Shown here piece by piece: positions 9,098 through 16,610 of a stretch of 64,000 bases of DNA (position 1 is its first letter; the number at the start of each line of letters is the position of its first letter). The notes beneath the pieces are model-generated. The model had not been told where the DNA came from and did not search any database. It saw only the letters and a program-made list of their open reading frames with translations. The position numbers and the translations under genes were made by a program. The stretch is from the NCBI GenBank assembly GCA_963736005.1, contig CAVTNB010000003.1:320001-384000 (forward strand). The letters are read 5' to 3'. The DNA is from an uncultured Pseudomonadota bacterium. GTDB taxonomy: Bacteria; Vulcanimicrobiota; Vulcanimicrobiia; Eremiobacterales; Eremiobacteraceae.

Positions 9098-11539
9098 ATG
9101 GACGTTGCCAAGACGACGACAACCACACTCCTCTCTCCCCTCACAAAGCGGGAGCAAGAAGTGTTGGAGCTTATGGCATTCGGACTTGCCAACAAAGAGA
9201 TCGCCGACAAACTGTCATTGAGCCGGCGCACCGTCGAATCGCACATCGATCGATTGCTTGGGAAACTCAACGCGCCGACCCGAGCACGTGCGGTCGTCGA
9301 GGCCGGACGGGCTGGTCTGCTTGGCGGTCAGACCCTGAAGAACGCCGCCTATTCGGCAAACGACCGTCCTAACAACCTGCCGTTGCAGCTGACGACGCTT
9401 TTGGGTCGCGAGCAAGATCTGGTTGAGGCGAAGTCCTTACTTGAAGCCCATCGCCTCGTCACCATGTCGGGATCGGGTGGCGTCGGCAAGACGCGGCTTG
9501 CGTTGCGGGTAGGCGTCGATCTCCTTGAGCAATATCCCAACGGCGCCTGGTTGTGTGATTTTTCCCCAATCTCAGATCCGGGGCTTGTTTCCAGCGCCGT
9601 AGCAAAAGCGTTGGTTGTTCGCGAGCGACAAGATCGTCTGCTTGTCGAGTCTATCGTCGACAGCTTAAAGCGCAAACAAGCCTTACTGATTTTTGACAAT
9701 TGCGAACACGTCCTGGATGCGACTGCGGAACTCGTCGACGCAATCTTGCATAACTGCCCCAACATCCGAATTCTCGCGACCTCGCGCCAAGCGTTGGGCA
9801 TCGTAGGGGAGCTGGTATATCGGGTTCGCTCACTTGCAGTGCCCGACTCAACCGAAGGTTTGAAAGCCGACGAGGGCTTGCGCTATGGAGCCATTGCTCT
9901 TTTTGTCGACCGAACGCAGGCGTCGGATGCCGGCTTTGCTTTCACCGACGAGTACGCACCCATCATTGCTGAGATCTGTTCTCGCTTGGACGGTATTCCA
10001 CTGGCCATTGAACTGGCAGCGACGAGAAGCAAGGTCATCAACATTCAGAGCTTAGCCCGGAGTCTGGACGATCGCTTCAAGGTGCTGACGACAGGGGGTC
10101 GCACGGCTCTGCCTCGCCATAAGACTTTGGCCGCGCTCATCAGTTGGAGCTACGACCTGCTCGCCGCTCACGAGCAGGCGCTCTTTATGCGCTTAGGCAT
10201 CTTTGCCGGAGGCTTCAGTCTGGCTGCGGCTCGAGTGGTCTGCTGCGGCGATGGTCTCGATGAGATCGACATTCTGGATCTGCTGTCGTCATTGACCGAC
10301 AAGTCGTTGGTCGTCGCTGACACCGGCGGCGAGCACGAACGCTATCGCCTGCTCGAATCCACACGCGCCTATGCGTTGGAGAAGCTCGCGGCTGCAGGTG
10401 ACCGCGAGCGGCTGGCGCGCCGTCACGCCGAGTATTTCCGCGACCAGGCGCAAGAGTCTGACAAACGTTACGATACGGAATTGATTGGACGGCTCGCGAA
10501 CGCGGCTGGGGAACTAGACAACTACCGAGCCGCATTGGAGTGGTCGGTTGCCGACGGGCACGATGCGGTGCTGGGCGGTGTCGTCGCTGGGTCGCTGGAG
10601 CGGCTCTGGCTTGACGGCGGCCTAGCGGCGGAGGGACGTTATTGGATCGAACGTGCGCAAGCGGGCCTTAGCGAATCAGCGCATCCACAGCCGGCGGCCC
10701 GGCTGTGGCGCGCGCTGACCCGCCTGTCCTCAGGCACGCGCAAGCGCGACTACGCGGAGCGAGCCTTCACGCTGTACCAGTCTGTGGGCGACGGCCATGG
10801 GGCGGCCCGGGCGCTCCTCGAGCTTGGGCATGCTCTCTATCAAATGGGCCGCTTCGAGGAATCAAGTGAGGCGGTCGCACGCGCGCTTGCGGCGCTGCAA
10901 AAATACGGGGATAAACGAGGAGTGGCTCGGTGCCTTGGCCGTCAGGCGGACATCTATCGGTCTCGCGGCGATGTCGCTACGGGGCGCGAGCTGTATACCC
11001 AGGCGCTTGAGGCATTCAAGGCCCTTGGAGACGAGGACGGGACAACCATGGTGTTGGCAAATCTCGCGGAGGCCGAATTCAGAGAGGATCATGTTGAGCA
11101 AGCGCTGCGCTTAGCGAGCGAGGCCCTGGAGATTAACGCTCGTGGGAAGAACGCGACGAACTTGGCGCTTGAATCCGTCAACAGCGCTGCGTATTGCATT
11201 GCGCTGGGAAAGCTGGATCGCGCACGTGACGTCGCGCGCGAGGGACTGCGTTGGGCACGACAAGCGCAAGATGCACTAAATATCGCACTCGCATTGCAGC
11301 ATTTTGCGCTGCTCGGGGCGTTGCACCGAGAAGTGGATATTGCGGCGCGGCTCATCGGTTACGTCAATGTGCAGCTCAAAGAGCTCGGGTCGGAGCGTGA
11401 GTACACCGAAAAGTGGGGCTACGAGAAGCTGATGACCGGACTACACGAGCGACTGAGTGAGGCCGAGATAGAAAAGCTCGCGGCCGAAGGCGCGGTGTGG
11501 TCGGAAGATCAGGCGATCGAAGAAGCACTTAAGGTCTAG
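9098..11539 (+). CDS. LuxR-HTH / STAND-type ATPase / TPR transcriptional regulator
   Basis: N-terminal LTKREQEVL...GLANKEIA..L.LS.RTVESH; Walker A GSGGVGKT; Walker B LLIFDNCEH; LDGIPLAIELAA; C-terminal TPR-like repeats. Confidence 0.9.
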   Translation: MDVAKTTTTTLLSPLTKREQEVLELMAFGLANKEIADKLSLSRRTVESHIDRLLGKLNAPTRARAVVEAGRAGLLGGQTLKNAAYSANDRPNNLPLQLTTLLGREQDLVEAKSLLEAHRLVTMSGSGGVGKTRLALRVGVDLLEQYPNGAWLCDFSPISDPGLVSSAVAKALVVRERQDRLLVESIVDSLKRKQALLIFDNCEHVLDATAELVDAILHNCPNIRILATSRQALGIVGELVYRVRSLAVPDSTEGLKADEGLRYGAIALFVDRTQASDAGFAFTDEYAPIIAEICSRLDGIPLAIELAATRSKVINIQSLARSLDDRFKVLTTGGRTALPRHKTLAALISWSYDLLAAHEQALFMRLGIFAGGFSLAAARVVCCGDGLDEIDILDLLSSLTDKSLVVADTGGEHERYRLLESTRAYALEKLAAAGDRERLARRHAEYFRDQAQESDKRYDTELIGRLANAAGELDNYRAALEWSVADGHDAVLGGVVAGSLERLWLDGGLAAEGRYWIERAQAGLSESAHPQPAARLWRALTRLSSGTRKRDYAERAFTLYQSVGDGHGAARALLELGHALYQMGRFEESSEAVARALAALQKYGDKRGVARCLGRQADIYRSRGDVATGRELYTQALEAFKALGDEDGTTMVLANLAEAEFREDHVEQALRLASEALEINARGKNATNLALESVNSAAYCIALGKLDRARDVAREGLRWARQAQDALNIALALQHFALLGALHREVDIAARLIGYVNVQLKELGSEREYTEKWGYEKLMTGLHERLSEAEIEKLAAEGAVWSEDQAIEEALKV

Positions 11540-11716
11540 ACTCGCAAGCAGATATCAGCAAGACTAGTTCTTTATGTCGAGGGCAGCACGAATAGTAGGG
11601 TGTTCCCAAAACCGCCGCATTTTGAACGCAAGTTTATCTACCCAGACGTTTTGACCGGGGTATAGTGGAACGCGGGAAAATGGACAACTCTTGACGCCAG
11701 TAACCTCGTTCATTCA

Positions 11717-11898
11717 AACGTCCGGTGCCTGCGAACCAACGTCCGATGCCCCTGCAATTGCGATCAATTGGTTGCACGTAGCGAACCGGTGAAACGTCCG
11801 ACGCACACGCTTTTTCCCGATAGAGCGCTCCTTTTATGGCACTTCACCCTTGCTACGGCATTGCGTCTGCAAACGCAATCAAACGGCCAAACGTCCGG
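11717..11898 (-). repeat. Left subterminal AACGTCCG(G/A) motif cluster (4 copies)
   Basis: Copies at 11717, 11738, 11793 and 11890; reverse complement of the right-end motif. Confidence 0.8.
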
Positions 11899-11941
11899 CT
11901 CGATGCCCAGTACAGAGCGTAACTAATACCTGAAAGGCGAA

Positions 11942-12136
11942 CTAACTCCGCGCCTTGGCGCACTCAGGGCACGTGTTGTAAACACCAGGTCCTTGCTGCC
12001 CCCGCATCATCTTCCACTGCGCAGCAGTTCCTGGAGTAATCTTCGTTGTGCAGCGACCGGCAACGTGGGACTCGGATGGGCACCCACCACATCGGCATGC
12101 GACGTCTCCCTTTTGATCGATTCCGAATTTAATCAT
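11942..12136 (-). CDS. Small Cys-rich (possible zinc-binding) protein, 64 aa
   Basis: AGAGGA RBS; CRCGGC...H...C...CPEC pattern. Confidence 0.55.
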   Translation of the reverse strand: MIKFGIDQKGDVACRCGGCPSESHVAGRCTTKITPGTAAQWKMMRGQQGPGVYNTCPECAKARS

Positions 12137-12429
12137 ATCTCATTCCTCTTTTAAACGCTCCGTAAAAACAAAAGGCGAAACGACCTCTTTGCGGCCATTT
12201 CGCCTCGGCTTCCACACCGTTACAAGCGTGGGCTACGGAGTGCTGTGTTGGTTCGCGGGATCTCTGATTGCACCTTGCTTTTTCTTGTACCATCGGGTGA
12301 GTATTGGATGTTGCTTTAGCCGATGTGATCACCCACGGCTGGCGTCAGAACTAGACGGTTGTAATTCGCAAGCGCGACAAACGTCATCTTTTTTGAGCCG
12401 AAAAAGATGACTCTAAGCGGTGATCAACC

Positions 12430-13038
12430 CTAGCTGGGCAGGAGCACCAAGTCTGCCGCTTCCTCAGCATCTTTGAGGAGCGTCTTGCGCGGCGTGCCTA
12501 TCCGCGCACGCACGGTCAGGCCACGAGCAAAATCCGTAACTTGGATCGCGCGCACGGCTACCGGAAAGTCAGGCGGAATGTCCCCCGCACAGATCCCGTC
12601 GCGGAAACGGCGCTCCACCAGCGCCACGGCGCCCGCGACCGTACTCTGCAGGAACCGCCGAACCTCAGCGTCGTTCAACAGCGGCGCGACGCACACCAGA
12701 AGGCAGCCCCGGGCGGACCCTTTCTCGGTCGCGCTTGCGACGGCGTACCTCAGAAAGCTTGCGAGCGAGTCGCGCAGAGCCTGCGGCGCGAGGAGTGCCT
12801 TCGCGGCGAGAGCGCCCTTCCTCTCGGCGTACGCGTGGAGGACACGCAAGAATATCTTCCGCTTGGACCCAAAAACTGAATACAGACTCGGCCGCCCGAC
12901 TCCCATCCCGGCGACGAGATCGTCGATCGTCACTCCGTCGTAGCCTTTCAACCAGAACACCTGGGTCGCTTTTTCCAGCGCGTCCCTCTCGTCGAAGCTG
13001 CGCGGTCGTCCACGTGGCCTGGCGGTATTTTGAAACAT
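12430..13038 (-). CDS. TetR/AcrR family transcriptional regulator
   Basis: RGRPRSFD...A..VFW.KGYDGVTIDDL...MGVGRPSLYSVFGSK; RGCLLV; AGGAG RBS; divergent from the SDR gene. Confidence 0.92.
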   Translation of the reverse strand: MFQNTARPRGRPRSFDERDALEKATQVFWLKGYDGVTIDDLVAGMGVGRPSLYSVFGSKRKIFLRVLHAYAERKGALAAKALLAPQALRDSLASFLRYAVASATEKGSARGCLLVCVAPLLNDAEVRRFLQSTVAGAVALVERRFRDGICAGDIPPDFPVAVRAIQVTDFARGLTVRARIGTPRKTLLKDAEEAADLVLLPS

Positions 13039-13168
13039 TTGGTTCGAAACTCCTTGTTCTTGGTCATCCAATCCATTATAGTACGGAAAGGTTCGAAATT
13101 GGCAAGTCGACCCCTGGCCTCGCGGGGGCCTCACGACCCGACCTTTCCCCTTCACCACGGAGACGCCC

Positions 13169-14143
13169 ATGGAACATTCAATCGCTCTCGTCACCGGCAC
13201 CACCTCCGGACTTGGACATGCGGCAGCCCGCATGCTAGCCGCGGAGGGCTACCGCGAGGTCATCGTCACCGGGCGCAGCCTGGCCCGGGTACAGGAAACG
13301 GCAGCTGGGCTCGCAGCTGAGACCAAGACGCAGGTTTTTACACCGCTAGAGCTGGATCTGGACTCGCCGTCTAGCGTTCAATCCGCACTCGCCGAGCTCG
13401 TCAAGCGAGGTCGGCCGGTCGATTTCCTACTGCTAAATGCAGGGATGGTCGGAGGTAAGAAGCGCGTGGTCACTGCGGCGGGCGTCGAGGCTTCTCAGGC
13501 CCCGCTAATCGGCCATCATCAACTGACTGTTGGGTTGCTCCGCGCCAACCTGCTGAGCCCCGACGCGCGGATTGTTATCGCCGGCGCGGAACCTGCCCGA
13601 GGGGACGTGCCCCTGTTCAGCTTCACCGACGTGGCGGCCTTCGCGGCCAAACGCCACCAGGGTGACCGAACCGCCGCTATTGAAGCCCTGCTGCGCAACG
13701 GGCCGAACGTGAAGTACGTGCCCAACCGGGCGTATGCCGATGCGAAGCTCATCATCGCTTGGTGGGTCGCGGCGCTGGCGCGCCGGCTACCCTCCGGCAT
13801 GGCCGTATACGCCGTCTCGCCCGGTAGCGCGCCCAACACCAAGGCGGTGCGTAACGCTGGCCCGGCCTTGAAGTGGCTGATGATTCCGCTGGTGAAGCTC
13901 ATCCCCGGCATGTCTCAGACGCCGGAGACCGCGGCTCGTCGCTACCTCCAGGCATCGGAGTTCGGAACCGACGTGTCGGGGCAATTCTTCGCCTCGGCGC
14001 CCAAGAAGCTCATCGGCCCAATTGAGGCAATGCGCCACCCACACTTGCACGATCGCGCCAACCAGGAAGCCGCGTGGCAGGCCGTCGTCAAGGTCTCTGG
14101 CGTCGACTTTTCTTATCCCGCATCCTTGAGCGCGTTGTCCTGA
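13169..14143 (+). CDS. Short-chain dehydrogenase/reductase (SDR)
   Basis: ALVTGTTSGLG, LLLNAG and YADAK (YxxxK) motifs. Confidence 0.92.
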   Translation: MEHSIALVTGTTSGLGHAAARMLAAEGYREVIVTGRSLARVQETAAGLAAETKTQVFTPLELDLDSPSSVQSALAELVKRGRPVDFLLLNAGMVGGKKRVVTAAGVEASQAPLIGHHQLTVGLLRANLLSPDARIVIAGAEPARGDVPLFSFTDVAAFAAKRHQGDRTAAIEALLRNGPNVKYVPNRAYADAKLIIAWWVAALARRLPSGMAVYAVSPGSAPNTKAVRNAGPALKWLMIPLVKLIPGMSQTPETAARRYLQASEFGTDVSGQFFASAPKKLIGPIEAMRHPHLHDRANQEAAWQAVVKVSGVDFSYPASLSALS

Positions 14144-14190
14144 AGGAGCGCCGGTTGGCGGACGGATACTGGTGGCAACGGGTTGGACCA

Positions 14191-14661
14191 CCGGACGTTG
14201 GCCGCGGTGACGAATCAAAGCCGAATGACCGGACGTTTGTCGGCGGATCCAAAACCGGAAGTTGGGGCTGCTTGTGTAGTATCCCAAGCGAAAAGACACT
14301 ATTGCCATTAGGCACTGAAACCCGGACGTTGCCCCGTTTTATGGCGTTTTGTAGATTGCATTGCACATTGCAACCCTTGAATCGCGGCAAAGCCCCGGGA
14401 TTCACCGGGGGAAGGCGTATGCCCCGGACGTTATTCAGACGCTTGATAACCATTCGTATGATCGCGATTGCAAGTACCGGACGTTTGATTGATCGTCTCC
14501 TGAATAATCTCGACAATTCGTAACTCAATCGCCTAGCTTGAAATTGAATTCAAAATCGACCGCAAGCCCGCAAATATACAATTGTGGGCAATGCGATCAT
14601 CGTAAGCAATTAAGTAATCAAATCGGGAGGCCCGGACGTTAGCAGCTGGGCACCGGACGTT
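14191..14661 (+). repeat. Right subterminal CCGGACGTT motif cluster (7 exact copies plus 1 variant)
   Basis: Copies at 14191, 14229, 14322, 14424, 14477, 14632 and 14653; variant CCGGAAGTT at 14255. Confidence 0.85.
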
Positions 14662-14759
14662 TGGCAGATCAGCCCGACTGGCGTCAGAAGTTGTCCAATT
14701 TCCCGCGCTCCACTATACCCCCCAGACGTTCGACCGCGGAGGAGAAATCGTTGGCGGTT

Positions 14760-14775
14760 TATAATTAGCCACTAA
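14760..14775 (+). promoter_or_regulatory. -10 box and candidate MarR operator
   Basis: TATAAT at 14760-14765 overlaps the TTAG-CCA-CTAA dyad just upstream of marR. Confidence 0.45.
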
Positions 14776-14797
14776 ACCATTAGGAGCTGAACTACTC

Positions 14798-15349
14798 ATG
14801 AAAACCACTCCCCGGACGGACGGCGAAGCACCGACCGACATGGTGTTGTTGCGCCGTGGCGTTGCCGGAATTTGTGACCGCTTTAGCGGCAGCGATTACG
14901 ACACCATGAACACATTTCTCACGCTGAAGCGCACCGCTGCAGACCTTGAAAATCTTTCGACTGAGTACTGCAAGCAGGGCGACGTTTCGCCCGGGCGTTT
15001 GGGCGTGCTCATGGTTTTAAACGCCAATCCTGAAAAGCAAATACCTCTTAGCGAAATTGGCCAATACCTGGTTGTGTCGCGGCCGAACATTACCGGTCTC
15101 ATCGACGGCCTGGTCGACGAAGGTCTCGTCAAGCGCATCAATCACCCCGAGGATAGGCGCATGATCCTCGCGCAACTCACCCCTCAGGGGCGAGACTTTA
15201 TGCGAAAATTCGTACCATTCCATTTGCGAGTGGTCAGTAGCGCGATGGCCGGGTTGACAAGAAACGAAAAGCGCCAACTCGTATCTCTCCTCGACAAGCT
15301 TCGCCTCCATCTACACGGCGTTAAGATCCCACATCTAGAGGAAGCATAA
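14798..15349 (+). CDS. MarR family transcriptional regulator
   Basis: LSEIG..L.VSRPNITGLIDGLVDEGLVKR...PEDRR....QLTPQG. Confidence 0.92.
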   Translation: MKTTPRTDGEAPTDMVLLRRGVAGICDRFSGSDYDTMNTFLTLKRTAADLENLSTEYCKQGDVSPGRLGVLMVLNANPEKQIPLSEIGQYLVVSRPNITGLIDGLVDEGLVKRINHPEDRRMILAQLTPQGRDFMRKFVPFHLRVVSSAMAGLTRNEKRQLVSLLDKLRLHLHGVKIPHLEEA

Positions 15350-15352
15350 GTC

Positions 15353-16564
15353 ATGGCAGTCGCCGCACGAGCACCAGAACCCGTGACCGGTCGCAAGCGC
15401 CGCGTTCTTATTCCCGTTATTGCTGTTTTGGTCGTCATCGGACTTTTTTATGGCATCCGCTTCCTGATATTTTCAGCCCATCACGTTGGTACGGACGACG
15501 CTGAAATTGGCGGCAACATCACAACGATTAGCGCGAAGGTCAAAGGCCAGGTTGTCGCAGTCTACGTGAGCGAAAACCAGTTCGTTCACCGCGGTGACAG
15601 GCTTATTCAACTAGACGATCGCGACTACAAAGTAGCGCTGGCACAATCGCAAGCGGCCTACGAACAGGCCGTCGCGAACCTGCAAGCGGCAACCACGGCG
15701 GTTCCCCAGCAGTCCGCGATGACCGCGGCTCAAACCGCGCAGGCCCAAGCGGGCATCTCACAATCATCAAGCGGGGTACTCAACGCACAGGAACGGGCGG
15801 ACTCAGCGCGCGCCAACTACATGGCCGCCCAAGCCAACGCGGTGAAAGCCGCGAACGACGTTACTCGTGCTCGCACCCTCGCGTCGGAAGGCGCGATCGC
15901 CAAATCAGACCTTGATTCTGCCCAGGCGGCCTACGTGACTGCCCTCGCCAACCGCGACGCCGCGAGACAAGCCATCGATGCTGCGGAAGCCGCTGTCAGC
16001 CAGGCGCAGGCCCAAGTTGTCGGCAGCCAAGCGCAACTCGAGCAGGCGCAAACGGGCACGCAGACAACCGAAATCAAGTCGGCCCAAGCGCACGTGAGCG
16101 CGGCGCAAGTGCAAGCCGCGGCCGCAGCACTTGCCAACGCAAGACTGCAGGAATCATACACGAGGATCACTGCGCCTGTGGACGGCGTCGTCAGTAAGAA
16201 GTCTGTCAATGTCGGCGACCAGGTCTCCGTCGGGCAGCCGCTGATGGCCCTGGCCGATCAGACGCATCTCTGGGTTGACGCAAATCTTAAAGAGACGCAA
16301 ATCTCAAACGTCCGCGTTGGACAGCCAGTAGACATCACGGTTGACGCGTTCCCGCATCGTGTATTTAAAGGTAGCGTCGCAAGCATTTCGGCGGCGACCG
16401 GCGCTACCTTCGCCCTGATCCCACCCGATAACGCGAGCGGCAACTTCACCAAAGTCGTGCAGCGCATACCCGTGCGCATCGCGATCGATCCAAGCTCCGA
16501 TCCCGAGCACTTGCTGCGTCAAGGGCTGTCCGTCGAAGTCAGCATCGACACGACTAACCATTAG
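15353..16564 (+). CDS. emrA: EmrA/HlyD family efflux membrane-fusion protein
   Basis: N-terminal TM, TDDA, coiled coil, ITAPVDG, P.DNASGNFTKVVQRIPVRI. Confidence 0.9.
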   Translation: MAVAARAPEPVTGRKRRVLIPVIAVLVVIGLFYGIRFLIFSAHHVGTDDAEIGGNITTISAKVKGQVVAVYVSENQFVHRGDRLIQLDDRDYKVALAQSQAAYEQAVANLQAATTAVPQQSAMTAAQTAQAQAGISQSSSGVLNAQERADSARANYMAAQANAVKAANDVTRARTLASEGAIAKSDLDSAQAAYVTALANRDAARQAIDAAEAAVSQAQAQVVGSQAQLEQAQTGTQTTEIKSAQAHVSAAQVQAAAAALANARLQESYTRITAPVDGVVSKKSVNVGDQVSVGQPLMALADQTHLWVDANLKETQISNVRVGQPVDITVDAFPHRVFKGSVASISAATGATFALIPPDNASGNFTKVVQRIPVRIAIDPSSDPEHLLRQGLSVEVSIDTTNH

Positions 16565-16575
16565 AGATTAGACTA

Positions 16576-16601
16576 GGCGGACCTCAAGGTCCGCCGCTAC
16601 A
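16576..16601. repeat. REP family 1 (GCGGACCTNAAGGTCCGC..CTACA)
   Basis: Palindrome with a CTAC/GTAG foot; further copies at 23760, 26761, 27395, ~32915 and 45071. Confidence 0.8.
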
Positions 16602-16610
16602 GACGCGATT

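Larger units (their letters stand above)
370..11643. mobile_element. Putative non-autonomous TIR-bounded cargo element (element B)
   Basis: 371-400 GGGTAGTTAGACTTGCGCCGGAAATGCCGC matches the reverse complement of 11614-11643 (GGGTAGATAAACTTGCGTTCAAAATGCGGC) at 23/30. Both ends abut target-like spacers next to other TIRs. No transposase is visible inside. Confidence 0.5.
11657..14721. mobile_element. Non-autonomous TIR-bounded cargo element (element A) carrying a small Cys-rich ORF, TetR and SDR
   Basis: 45-bp TIRs at 11657-11701 and 14677-14721 match at 41/45 and start GGGGTATAGTGG. Flanking imperfect direct repeats are CCAGACGTTTTGACC (11642-11656) and CCAGACGTTCGACC (14722-14735). No transposase ORF. 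Confidence 0.85.

Noticed and set aside
14074..14528. ORFs 14074-14523 (+) and 14088-14528 (-) as a transposase remnant
   Set aside because: No recognisable motifs; they run across the non-coding repeat arm.
14191..14661. CRISPR array
   Set aside because: The repeat is only 9-11 bp with irregular spacing (21-155 bp), and there are no cas genes.
11657..14721. Tn3-family transposon or MITE (GGGG ends)
   Set aside because: No 5-bp duplication (TGACC vs CCAGA), no tnpA/tnpR, and the flanking repeat is 14-15 bp. Disfavoured, though not fully excluded without a database search.
14722..14760. tRNA 3' end as insertion target (GTTCGA)
   Set aside because: No T-stem, acceptor stem or CCA can be built on either strand.
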